The notes: generated by a model not told the origin, from the letters alone. Numbered from the stretch's first letter, positions 29,856 to 39,718 are shown. The stretch: DNA of 64,000 bases from Phycisphaerae bacterium (GCA_963666925.2 CAXXTC010000006.1:1-64000), one strand, 5' to 3'. A program made the numbers and translations.

Positions 29856-29884
29856 ACTATATACCATGAAGTCCGGCCGTGCAA
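29856..29884 (-). promoter_or_regulatory. Candidate sigma70 promoter of smc
   Basis: TTGCAC (29884-29879)-17-TATAGT (29861-29856). Confidence 0.6.
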
Positions 29885-30347
29885 GGAGTTTACAACCGTC
29901 GCAACTCACGCGCGGCGCGCGCTCCCGCGGGCGAACATGGCGGTCCGATCACAACCATGCCAAACATCTTACGCGAGGCGGCGGAACCAATTAGGCAAGG
30001 CCCATCAACGCGTTAGTTATCGGGACGCACCGGAATCACCCATCATACGCCACAAAACCATCCGCTGAAGACGCGGATGCTGTGCGTCAGGAACGTGGTT
30101 ACAGGGCGTCGACCACCAACGACGAAGACGCCCGAAGTTTTTTCAAACCGAAGTGGAAATCAGCGCACCGGGGAGCCTAGAACGTAGTGAAAGACGTGTG
30201 CAGCATCAACGCGCTGGGACGTGCTTGATTCCCTGTAAGGAAGGGTTTGCGCACCGCGCTCATGCTGTGCCGCTGAAGAGGTCCGCAGCCACAATGCCCT
30301 TGAAAACAGCGGAAATTCAGAAATCGAAAATTTCTCCGCAGGGCAGT

Positions 30348-30460
30348 TTGCCTTTCGCTGTTGGCCGTGCCTAGAACCTGATGAAGCGTGAGAGGAAGGG
30401 TGATTGTCACCCACAACGATTGTAGGTCTCAGGAGGCTGGAAGCACCTCCACTGGCACTT
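30348..30460 (+). promoter_or_regulatory. Promoter and structured 5' leader of PEP-CTERM gene 1
   Basis: TTGCCT-18-TAGAAC, then 10 nt, then GTGAGAGGAAGGGTGA-ttg-TCACCC...GGTCTCAGGAGGCTGGAAGCACCTCCAC; near-identical copy at 31832-31950. Confidence 0.65.
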
Positions 30461-30478
30461 TAATGGGAGATTGGAATC

Positions 30479-31264
30479 ATGAAGAAAGCACTGTGCGTAT
30501 TTGCTGTTCTGGCTATGGTAGCCAGCGTTAGCGCTGCGAACCACGACTTCCGTTTCTGGCTCGTCCCGGGCTCGTCCATGTCGTTCCCGGCTTCGTTCGA
30601 TCCGGCTGCCCAGGCGCAGGACCTTGGCACCACGAACATGGGCGACCTCTACAGCGCTATCCCGACCGTTGACCATGCCTCGGTCATGACCGGCGACTTC
30701 TTCTACATCTTCGGTCAGTTCGATGGCGACTATGCCAAGGGCCGCAAGGTCCAGGGCCTGGCCCTCAACATCGCCCTCGAGGGCGGCCTCACTGCTGACA
30801 CCGTCTGGTATCAGTTCAGCGGCAACCCCGTCGACGACAGCGTCCTGCGTTGGGATGCCGGTTCGGACTTCGCCGGCCCGAAGTGCAAGCTTCTGGGCGT
30901 TGCTGGCACCGGCTGGCTCAACGATGACACCACCTTCGACACTGGCGACCTGTACGTCCCGGCCACGGCCTTCACCGGCCAGGGCTCGGTCCTGCTGGGC
31001 GCCGTCATCCCGACCGGCGGCACGACTGGCGAAGTCTTCATCGAACTCGCCTATGACGGCCTCTCCGTCGCTGGCAGCGGCAACACCAGCACCGTCTACT
31101 TCGGTCTCGACACCGAAGGCATCGACGGTGGCGTCGACTATGATGGTGGCCCCGATGCCACTCGTCGTGGCCCCGACGGCATTGCCGAAGGCGTTGTGAT
31201 TGTTCCTGAGCCCGCCAGCCTGCTCCTCATCGGTCTGGCCGGCCTGCTGATCCGTCGTCGCTAA
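30479..31264 (+). CDS. PEP-CTERM sorting-domain surface protein 1
   Basis: Signal peptide MKKALCVFAVLAMVASVSA; C-terminus VPEPASLLLIGLAGLLIRRR. Confidence 0.93.
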   Translation: MKKALCVFAVLAMVASVSAANHDFRFWLVPGSSMSFPASFDPAAQAQDLGTTNMGDLYSAIPTVDHASVMTGDFFYIFGQFDGDYAKGRKVQGLALNIALEGGLTADTVWYQFSGNPVDDSVLRWDAGSDFAGPKCKLLGVAGTGWLNDDTTFDTGDLYVPATAFTGQGSVLLGAVIPTGGTTGEVFIELAYDGLSVAGSGNTSTVYFGLDTEGIDGGVDYDGGPDATRRGPDGIAEGVVIVPEPASLLLIGLAGLLIRRR

Positions 31265-31297
31265 GCCGACGAGAACAACCAGCTAGGTTGAACTGCC

Positions 31298-31333
31298 AGG
31301 AGCCGGGTGTTTTCACCCGGCTCCTTCTTTTTT
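31298..31333 (+). terminator. Intrinsic terminator
   Basis: AGGAGCCGGGTG-TTTT-CACCCGGCTCCT followed by a T-rich tract. Confidence 0.88.
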
Positions 31334-31831
31334 ACGCTACGTAACAACAATCACACGCCTCAACCGCCCGCGGCGTCCCGAACATCAATCACGCTCCCCG
31401 CATAATCCCCATCCACCCACAACAACAACGGCCTGATTCACGCCAAACTGAGCAAACGAACACAATTCATTCTGATATGGCGGCCTCACCTCAGTTTGGA
31501 CCCCGAGATACGCCGGCCAACAACACCATTTCGTGGACGGGAAACCGTCTATCCATCTGACGATCAGCTCGCCTGGACAAGCCGTGAACTGGTCCCGGCA
31601 ACAAAAATGGATCCGAACACCACCTTTTGTGTGACCAAACCACGCCGTTTTCGCTTCATTCCGCGCCGTCCCCGCCCTTCATGTGCCCGCGCGCCAACCC
31701 GGCAATGACCCCACCAACCCAATATAACACCCGGTGCCATAAGATCTTACGAATACCCAAAGGGCATCAGGAAGCGACCCTGCTCACATTCGCCGAAGAC
31801 ACCCCTAACACAAAAAAAATCGAACTAGGAC

Positions 31832-31950
31832 TTGCAATCGGCCCTCGGGAGGAGTAGAACTTAGTTTGTAGTGAGAGGAAGGGTGAGCGTCACCCCACGT
31901 ACGGCATTTGGTCTCAGGAGGCTGGAAGCACCTCCACCTGGCATTTCTTG
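31832..31950 (+). promoter_or_regulatory. Promoter and structured 5' leader of PEP-CTERM gene 2
   Basis: TTGCAA-17-TAGAAC, then 10 nt, then GTGAGAGGAAGGGTGA-gcg-TCACCC...GGTCTCAGGAGGCTGGAAGCACCTCCAC. Confidence 0.65.
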
Positions 31951-31970
31951 ACTTGGAGAAGGAGATTGCA

Positions 31971-32774
31971 ATGAAGAAAGCTATTTGTCTTGTTGCGTTG
32001 CTCGCGATCGTCGGTACCGCCGGTGCCGCGACCTACAACCTGCGTTTCTGGCTCGTCCCGGACAACGAGCTCGCGGTTCCCGCGGCCTTTGATCGGACCG
32101 CCACGGAGCAGAGCCTCGAAACGACTGACTGGGGCGACCTGTTCACCGAGACGCCCGCTGTCTCTGACGGCTGCGACGACGACCCCGCCGAGGTCCAGGG
32201 CTACTACATCTTTGGCCAGTGGATTGACACCAACGTCCCGAAGGGCCGCAAGGTCCAGGGCGCGGCCTTCTGCATCAGCACCACCGACGACCTCCAGGTC
32301 AACACCACCTGGTACCAGTTCAGCGGCGCGCCGATCGACGAAGCCACCCGTCGTTGGGAAACCGGCTCGGACTTCGGCAGTGACTGGGGCGATCACACCC
32401 AGTGCAAGCTCGTCGGCATCGGCACGACTGGCTGGCTCAACAACACCACCGACTACGACACCGGCGACCTGTTCGTCGAAGGTACCCCCTCTTTCTACGG
32501 CCAGAGCACCGCGCTGCTCGGCTACATCGACTATGTCGATGGCTTCGGCTGCATCAACCTCGGCCTGGCCTATGACGGTATCTCGATCTCCGGTAACGAA
32601 GCGATGGCCTTCTTCGGCAACGACACCGTCGGTGTTGACGCTGGCGTCGACGACGCTGGTGGCGCTGGCGCCTGCCGTTACGGCCCCGACGGCATCCCCG
32701 AGGGTGGCTGGATTCCTGAGCCCGCCAGCCTCCTGCTGCTCGGTCTGGCCGGCTTCTTCCTGCGTCGTCGCTAG
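31971..32774 (+). CDS. PEP-CTERM sorting-domain surface protein 2 (paralogue of 30479..31264)
   Basis: AGGAGA RBS; signal peptide; shared blocks RFWLVP, YIFGQ, KGRKVQG, WYQFSG, TGWLN, DTGDL, LAYDG, GPDGI; tail IPEPASLLLLGLAGFFLRRR. Confidence 0.93.
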   Translation: MKKAICLVALLAIVGTAGAATYNLRFWLVPDNELAVPAAFDRTATEQSLETTDWGDLFTETPAVSDGCDDDPAEVQGYYIFGQWIDTNVPKGRKVQGAAFCISTTDDLQVNTTWYQFSGAPIDEATRRWETGSDFGSDWGDHTQCKLVGIGTTGWLNNTTDYDTGDLFVEGTPSFYGQSTALLGYIDYVDGFGCINLGLAYDGISISGNEAMAFFGNDTVGVDAGVDDAGGAGACRYGPDGIPEGGWIPEPASLLLLGLAGFFLRRR

Positions 32775-32807
32775 TCGACAACTCGCAGGTTAGCTGCCTG
32801 AGATTTA

Positions 32808-32844
32808 AAGGAGCCGGGTCGAAAGACCCGGCTCCTTCTCTTTT
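32808..32844 (+). terminator. Intrinsic terminator
   Basis: AAGGAGCCGGGTC-GAAA-GACCCGGCTCCTT-CTCTTTT. Confidence 0.88.
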
Positions 32845-32951
32845 GGCACATTCACCGCACGCAGCATGCCCCACCACCCACACGCCGACTCACATCAAAC
32901 CGGGCTCACCCCCCGGACCCTTGAAGCCCGCAACACGGTCGTACAGAAGAA

Positions 32952-33023
32952 AAGTGGAGCGGGCGTCCCGCCCGCCAAGCCTCGATTTGCCGAACGCAAA
33001 CGGCAAACGAGACGCCGACTCAC
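32952..33023. repeat. REPIN-like element, family A (degenerate)
   Basis: AAGTGGAGCGGGCGTCCCGCCCGCCAAGCCTCGATTTGCCGAACG closely matches the reverse complement of 57833-57904. Confidence 0.75.
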
Positions 33024-33061
33024 ATCAAACCGGTGCAGCCCCCCTACCCCCCCCGAAGCCG

Positions 33062-33874
33062 CTACCCCAGCGGCTCGGCCAGTTCTGAGATAAACTCCAG
33101 CGCCGCGCGGACGACCTCGTGTGAATCCCCTCCACCACCACCACTGCCGGCCGCCAGCATCCGCCGAACTATCGCACTGCCCACAATCGCCCCGTCGGCC
33201 ACCTGACAGACCTCCGCCACATGCTCCGCGGTCGAGATCCCGAACCCCACGCAGATCGGCTTGCCCGTGGCCGACCGCAGCGACCGCACCTGCTCCGCCA
33301 GGTCCGCCGGCAACGCCCTTCGCTCGCCGGTCACGCCCGCCAACGCCTGATAATACACGAACGGCTCCGACAGCTCGCCGATCTGCCGCCGACGCTGCTC
33401 GTCACTCGTCGGCGCTGCCAGCAACACCAGTGGGCAGCCCACCTGCCGGCCCAGCTCGGCCAGTTCACCCGCCTCCTCCAGCGCCAAGTCCGGCACAATC
33501 AACCCATCAACGCCCGATCGCGTGGCGTACTCGACGAATCGACCCACGCCACGACGGTAGACGATTGAATAGCTGACCATCGCCAACACCGGAACGGCGA
33601 TCTGATCACGGGCCTCTGCGATTGCGTCGAACAACGTCGCCAGCTTGAACCCCGCATCAAGTGCGTGCGAGAATGACGCCTGAATCACCGGCCCATCGGC
33701 GATCGGATCGGAGAAGGGAATGCCGATCTCCACGCACGCACAGCGCTGCGGATCAACACCCGCCAGGATCTCCACCGTCGTGGCGACGCCGGGATAGCCG
33801 CCGGTGATATAGGGCAGGAGTGCCCGGCGCTGATCACGCTTGAGCTCGGCGAAGCATTGGTGCAATCGGGACAT
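33062..33874 (-). CDS. trpA: Tryptophan synthase alpha chain (stand-alone)
   Basis: EIGIPFSDPIADGPVIQ, GLIVPDL, GVTG, VGFGIS, ADGAIVGSA. Confidence 0.96.
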   Translation of the reverse strand: MSRLHQCFAELKRDQRRALLPYITGGYPGVATTVEILAGVDPQRCACVEIGIPFSDPIADGPVIQASFSHALDAGFKLATLFDAIAEARDQIAVPVLAMVSYSIVYRRGVGRFVEYATRSGVDGLIVPDLALEEAGELAELGRQVGCPLVLLAAPTSDEQRRRQIGELSEPFVYYQALAGVTGERRALPADLAEQVRSLRSATGKPICVGFGISTAEHVAEVCQVADGAIVGSAIVRRMLAAGSGGGGGDSHEVVRAALEFISELAEPLG

Positions 33875-34158
33875 GGGCGACAGTTTACGCGAAGCGCCTG
33901 CGACTTGCAGTAGCTCCGGAACGCCCTGGATCGCGGAACATTATCGGGCGATTCGACTGTCTCTCGGTAGCCGAACCGATCAGCACTTACGCTCTTGCCC
34001 GCTGAGAACGATAGGACGCATAGGGAGGTGCTGCGCCCGCGGGGTGCGCGCCGCCAGTGCCGTGGTCGAGTTTGATTTTACGGGACCGTCATGAATAAGC
34101 TTCAATGGGTAGGCAGCAAAGCGGACGGGACCGCCAGACTGCAACTGGAGCGGAAGAT

Positions 34159-35566
34159 ATGAGCATGATGAACAGACTGGGTGTCCGGGTCGCGGTCGTC
34201 ACGATCACCCTGATGGGCCTGGCCACCAGCGTACGGGCAGATTGCACCCCCGGCTGGGTCGGTCCGCCCGACATCCTGAGCCTCAGCAGCACGGTGTCAG
34301 CGCTGGCGGTCTACGACGACGGCGATGGCTCCGCGCTCTACGCCGGCGGGGCCTTCACCGCCTCCGGCAGCACCACGCTGAACCGTGTCGCGAAATGGGA
34401 CGGGGCGGCGTGGGTGTCGCTGGGCGGCGGACTCAACGGCTCGGTGAGCGCCCTGGCCGTGTGGGACGACGGCAATGGGCCGGCCCTGTATGCCGGCGGG
34501 CAGTTCACCCAGGCCGGCGGCAGCCCCGCAAGTTACGTCGCCAAGTGGAACGGCACGTCGTGGTCACCGCTCGGCGGCGGCGTCGATGGCGACGTGAACG
34601 CACTCGCCGTGTATGACGACGGCACGGGCAGCGCCCTGTACGCCCGGCGGCGTCTTCACGACCGCGGGCGGCAACCCCGCAAGCCTCATCGCCAAATGGG
34701 ACGGCAACAATTGGTCACCCGTCGGCGCCGGGATCAGCGGTATCGACTTCCCGTTCGTCCGCTGCCTGACTACCTACGATCCCGGCTCCGGATCGCTGCT
34801 CATCGCCGGCGGAACATTCACCACTGCCGGCGGCGCCCCGGCCAACCTCATTGCAGCCTGGGACGGCAGCAACTGGTCACCGCTCGGCAGCGGGCTCAGC
34901 GGCCTGATGCTCGGATATGCTGCCGGCCTGGGCGTGTTCGACGACGGAAACGGACCCGCTCTCTACGCCACCGGCCGCTTCAGCCAGGCTGGCGGCAACT
35001 CCGCTTACTACATAGCCAAATGGGATGGATCCGACTGGGCCGCCCTTGGCAGCGGGTTGGGAGATGCGGGCCGAGCGATGTGTGCGTTTGACGACGGTAG
35101 CGGCGCCGCACTGTACGTCGGCGGTACGTTCACGACCGCGGGCGGCAACCCGGCCAACTACATCGCCAAATGGGACGCCAGCAACTGGTCGGCGCTGGCT
35201 GAAGGCGTCGCCGGAGATACCGCACCCTACGTCCACGCCCTGCTTCCCCACGAGACTGACGCAGGCCCGACACTCGTTGTCGGCGGTTACTTCACCTCGG
35301 CCGGCACTACCGCGGCCGAGCGTATCGCCCTGTGGCGCTGCGACCAGCAGGACCGTCGCGCTGATTCAAACTGTGACGGGTTCGTCAACTTCGACGATAT
35401 CAACTGCTTCGTGCAGGCCATCGTCGATGAGAGCCAGTGGGAGACCTGCGGGCACGAGGCCGGCTGCGAGTATCTTGAAGTCAACGACATCAACCGCGAC
35501 GGCTACGTAACGTTCGACGATATCAACCCCTTCGTAACCTGCCTGGTCGACGGCTGCCCGGATTAG
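34159..35566 (+). CDS. Secreted beta-propeller repeat protein with C-terminal dockerin-like domain; apparent frameshift at ~34643
   Basis: About six repeats of ALAVYDDGxGxALYAGGxFTxAGGxPAxxIAKWDGxxWSxLGxG; tail ADSNCDGFVNFDDINCFV...DINRDGYVTFDDINPFV; extra C in TACGCCCGGCGG. Confidence 0.85.
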
Positions 35567-35646
35567 TGTGTTTCAGGAATGGTCCGGTATGCCGCTGTTC
35601 TTGAGCAGTGCATTCTCCAGTGTCAGCACTCGGGCCCAACCAACCT

Positions 35647-35724
35647 GAAGTGGGTCGGACGTCTCGGCCGACTTGCTGACTACACCCAAGCCGGGCTTGG
35701 CGGGCGAGACGCCCGCCCCACTTC
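35647..35724. repeat. REPIN-like doublet, family A, between convergent genes
   Basis: GAAGTGGGTCGGACGTCTCGGCCGAC ... GGCGGGCGAGACGCCCGCCCCACTTC (inverted ends). Confidence 0.75.
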
Positions 35725-35753
35725 GGAAGGTGAGGCGACCGCTCTACTTCGAA

Positions 35754-36764
35754 CTATGCACGGCCCGCGTGAGAGCACTGCTCTTCGTACCAGCGCACCG
35801 TCAGCGGCACGCCCTCCGTGTAGCCGACCGTGGCCTGCCAGCCGAGCACGCGCCGCGCCTTCTCCGCCGAGAAATACGACCGCCGCCCCATCAGCCACAC
35901 CGCATAGCGCGTCACGAACGGCGGCTTCTTTGAGCGGAACAGGTGTCCGAGACATTCGAGCACGAAGCCGGCGTTATACGCGAGCCGATATGGCACGTGC
36001 CGCGTGACCCGTCGAGCACCGATCGTATCCGCGAGCAGATCGAAGTATTCCTGCTGCGTGATTTCGCCATCGTTGCTGCAATTGAACGCCTCGCCACAGG
36101 CTTCGGGTTTCTCCGCCGCCAGCAAACACGCCTCGGCGACGTTGCCGGCGTAGACAACGTTCAGCCGATTGTCGCCCGCCCCGAGGATCTTCGCCTTGCC
36201 CTGTTTGATCATGTTGTACAGGCGGGCGATGGTGGTGCGATCGCGCGGGCCGTAGATCCAGGCGGGTCGAATGACGCTGAGCTCGATCCGGCCGGCGCGA
36301 TGGGCGTCCCAGGCGATTCGTTCGGCCGCGACCTTGGACTTGCTGTAATACGCCCAGTGGTAGAGCTGGTAGCCCAGGTCGAAACTCTCGTCGATGAGCT
36401 GATCGCGCGTGTAGTAGCCGTAGGTGCTGATCGAGCTGACGTGCACCAGGCGGCGTGCGCCGGCCGCGACGGCCGCGTCAACCATGTTGCGGGTACCGTC
36501 GATCGTGTAACGCTGGAAGTCCTCCCACGGTCCCCAGTCGCCGACCTTGGCGGCCGAGTGGTGCACAACGTCCACGCCTTCACACGCCGCCCGTAATGAT
36601 GCCGGATCGGTGATATCCCCCTCGGCAAACTCGACGTCCTGTGTTTGCAGCCAACTACGGTCGCTTTGTGGCCTGACCAGCACGCGCACCGGCTGGTTGC
36701 GCCGGCGCAATTGTTCCACGATGTGACTGCCGAGCAGTCCGGTGGCTCCGGTGACGAGATTCAT
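35754..36764 (-). CDS. NAD-dependent epimerase/dehydratase (3-beta-HSD-like extended SDR)
   Basis: VTGATGLLG, HVSS, YSKSK, RPAWIYGP. Confidence 0.92.
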   Translation of the reverse strand: MNLVTGATGLLGSHIVEQLRRRNQPVRVLVRPQSDRSWLQTQDVEFAEGDITDPASLRAACEGVDVVHHSAAKVGDWGPWEDFQRYTIDGTRNMVDAAVAAGARRLVHVSSISTYGYYTRDQLIDESFDLGYQLYHWAYYSKSKVAAERIAWDAHRAGRIELSVIRPAWIYGPRDRTTIARLYNMIKQGKAKILGAGDNRLNVVYAGNVAEACLLAAEKPEACGEAFNCSNDGEITQQEYFDLLADTIGARRVTRHVPYRLAYNAGFVLECLGHLFRSKKPPFVTRYAVWLMGRRSYFSAEKARRVLGWQATVGYTEGVPLTVRWYEEQCSHAGRA

Positions 36765-36812
36765 AGCGATGTCCAATCAGGCCGGCCGGCGGGCATTCAC
36801 GGCGCGGCTTGG

Positions 36813-38788
36813 CTAGGGGCGCTGGCGGAGCGCCAGGGCGTGGTCGGCCACCTGGGCCGGCGACAGGCCACAGTATTCGAGAATGCTGTCGGTAGTGCGG
36901 GTGGATTTCGGAATGCGCTGGCAGATCAATGACTCAACCCGCAGGCCGCCGACACGCGCAGCAATTTCTGCGACTTCCGACGCCAACCCGCCGCCGTAAT
37001 TGTCCTCAACGACCAGCGTTCGGCGTCCGGCGCGTTGCAGCACCTCCACCAACGCGTCGGCGTCGCACGGCAGCGAATAGGCATCAACCAGCGTGGCCCG
37101 AATGTTCTGCTCGGCCAGCAGCGTAACCGCCTCGCGGGCCGCGTGCACCATGTAGCCTGCGGTCACAATCGCCAGGTCGTCGCCGGTGCTCAGCACGTGG
37201 AATCCGCCGGGCACAAAACGCGTGTCGGGCGAATAGATCATTGGGACGTCCGGCCGATTGCGTGCGCATGTAACCCATGCCGGGCTGCTGAAGCATGAGC
37301 CGGGTGCAGTGATAGGCCGCGACGGCGTCGGCCGGGTGATAGCACCAGCACAGCGGCTGTTTGCGATCGTCACCGCGCACCCGCGGAGAAACGCGCGGAA
37401 CAGCCCGACGTTCGATCAACCCCATCTGGCTGGGACCGTCGGCGGCCAGCGAGATGCCGCTGTGTGAACCCACCAACTTGATATTCGCGCGCGAGATGCT
37501 GGCCATCTCAACCTGATCGCATCCCCGTGTGAGGAACTTCGCGAACGAATTGGCGACGGGGATTATAGCCGGCTGCCGACAGTCCGGCCGCCACGGAGAT
37601 CATGTTCTGCTCGGCGATCTTGCACTCGACGAAGCGTTCCGGATGCGCTTTTGCAAACAGTTCGGTGAAGGTCGAGTTGCTGACGTCGCCGTCGAGCACG
37701 ACCAGTTGCGGCAACAGCGCGCCGGCCGTGCGCAGGGCCGCCCCATACGCCTTGCGCGTCCCCAGTCTGCCCTTTTCCAAGGCGGCGCCGAAGCCCGCCT
37801 CCTTGAACGCATCAGCCCAGCGCCGGCCACTCGACCGTGTGCGGATCGACTCGCTTAACCGGAACGGCGGCAGGCGGCTTGGGCGGCGAGCCGAGCTTCT
37901 CCGTGTCGGGATAGGCCGCCACAGCCTGATCGAGCGAGGCCATGGCCGCGTCGATCTGGTCGGGCCGGCAGTGGCTTGCCGTGCCAGTTGCCCTTCTGAA
38001 GGGCCCCGACGCCCCAGCCTTTGACCGTGCGGGCGACAATCGCCAGCGGCCGATCGCCTGGCACCAAAACCATCGAGCACGGCCGATATGGCGTCCGGAT
38101 CGTGTCCGTCGATGTCGTGCGTGTCCCAGCCGAAGGCGTTCAGCTTGGCCACGAGGCTCGATCGGCCTGCTGCTGCGGCGAGACCTTACTGGCCTGTCCC
38201 CAGCCATTGGCGCTGAAGATGGCACAGACGTTGTTGAGCTGATGGTCGGGCGATGAAATCGAGTGCTTCCCAGATCTGTCCCTCGCGTGATTCGCCGTCA
38301 CCGATGAGAACGAACACGCGGCGCTGGCTGCCACTCAGTCGGGCTCCCAGGGCCACGCCGGCGCCGACGCTGAGTCCCATTCCGAAGGCTGCCAGTGGCG
38401 GCATCGAAGAAGGGAACGCCCTCGGCAGGGTTGGGGTGGCCATCGAGAACGCTCTCGCGGGCGCGTAACTGGCTCAGGTCGGCTACGGTTAGCGTGTGGG
38501 TTTGCTCCGGGTCTTTACCGACCTTGGCACCCAGATCGGCCCCCCCCCCCCCCAGGAGCGGCGTAGATTATCGGAACCGCGTGTCCCGGCCGACAGCACC
38601 AGACGATCTGCCGACGGCTGCCACGGATCTGCCGGGTCCCAGCGCATTTGCCGGTACATCAGCGCCGATGCCAGGTGTGCCAGTGCCAAACCCGTTGATG
38701 GGTGTCCCGAGCCCGCCTCAGTCGTCATGCGGACCGCCAGCTTGCCCAGCTCGGCCGCCTTATGGTGAATAGCCGCACTCTGCGCCAT
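36813..38788 (-). CDS. tkt: Single-chain transketolase, broken by many apparent frameshifts
   Basis: AGSGHPS, DRLVLSAG, GDGESREGQIWEA, TVKGWG, DGDVSNSTF, IAEQNM, SHSGISLAADGPSQMG, VEDNYGGG across frames; long C run at ~38540-38553. Confidence 0.85.
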
Positions 38789-39027
38789 TAATCTGCTCCC
38801 GGGAAACTCTCTCGCACACGTGTGGAAGACTGAAAGTGCGAGAGTTTAGCTTGCCACCCGTGGGCCAGCAACCCGCCGGGCCAGCGTCCCATCATTGCCA
38901 CACACTCTGGCCCGGGTGGTTGGCGCCACCCACCTTTTTATGCATAATCAGGGGTTCGCGTAGCCTCGATACGCAAGTGGTAAGGATCAGCCGCTCGGCG
39001 GTAGCCTCATAAACACGGATAAGTGAC

Positions 39028-39162
39028 ATGCATTACCCCCATCGCATCAGCAAAATCAAACGCAAGCGCAAGTGTGGCTTCCGCGCCCGGATGCGTACCG
39101 CCGGCGGCCGCAAGATGATGAACCGCAAGCGCCGCCGCGGCCGTAGCGTGAACGTCGCCTAG
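39028..39162 (+). CDS. rpmH: 50S ribosomal protein L34 (44 aa; below the ORF-track cutoff)
   Basis: Translates to MHYPHRISKIKRKRKCGFRARMRTAGGRKMMNRKRRRGRSVNVA, with the L34 GFRARM-x-T-xx-GR motif. Confidence 0.93.
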   Translation: MHYPHRISKIKRKRKCGFRARMRTAGGRKMMNRKRRRGRSVNVA

Positions 39163-39325
39163 CGTAATTCCTCACGCTGCGCGCATCTTCGTGAAAGCTG
39201 CCGTAGACATCCTGCCCACTATTGCATCGCCCCCTGCTCGGCGTCTGCGCTACTTACACGCGCTAACACCAATGTCTGCTACCGGCACATAGGCAGCCAC
39301 GCTCTGCGCCGGTACACTTTCTGCC

Positions 39326-39718
39326 ATGAACGTCATCGCCCACGGCATCGACCTCGTGCACTGCCCGCGCGTCGAGCGCATCTGGCAGGACCATGGCGAG
39401 CGTTTTCTCGACCGCGTCTACACCACTGCCGAGCGCGAGTACTGCCTTGATGCGCGTGACGCCGTAACACGTCTGGCCGGGCGGTTTGCCGCCAAGGAAG
39501 CGGTCATGAAGGTGCTCGGTACGGGCTGGCGCGGGGGTGTGGAATGGACCGACATTGAGACGCTGCCCGACCCCCTGGGCAAGCCGCTGGTCAAGCTGAG
39601 CGGCGCGACCGCCGAGCTGGCTCGGTCACTCAACATCGAGCGTGTGCTATTGTCCATCTCGCACGCCGGCGAGTACGCCATGGCATCAGCGCTGGGGGTT
39701 ACGGACGCGACCGGCTAA
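39326..39718 (+). CDS. acpS: Holo-[acyl-carrier-protein] synthase
   Basis: GIDLV, LAGRFAAKEAVMKVLGTG, GKP, SISH. Confidence 0.95.
   Translation: MNVIAHGIDLVHCPRVERIWQDHGERFLDRVYTTAEREYCLDARDAVTRLAGRFAAKEAVMKVLGTGWRGGVEWTDIETLPDPLGKPLVKLSGATAELARSLNIERVLLSISHAGEYAMASALGVTDATG

Noticed and set aside
30388..30460. Leader as a glycine or c-di-GMP riboswitch
   Set aside because: Shares only short words (TCTCAGG, GGCAC) and lacks the remaining conserved cores; left unassigned
32882..33033. 22-bp direct repeat as a CRISPR array
   Set aside because: Only two copies, 108-nt gap, overlaps a REPIN end, no cas genes
36813..38788. tkt as a true pseudogene or programmed frameshift
   Set aside because: Motifs are intact and similar indels occur across the window; assembly error is more likely
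38789..39027. oriC next to rpmH
   Set aside because: No dnaA and no TTATCCACA box cluster seen
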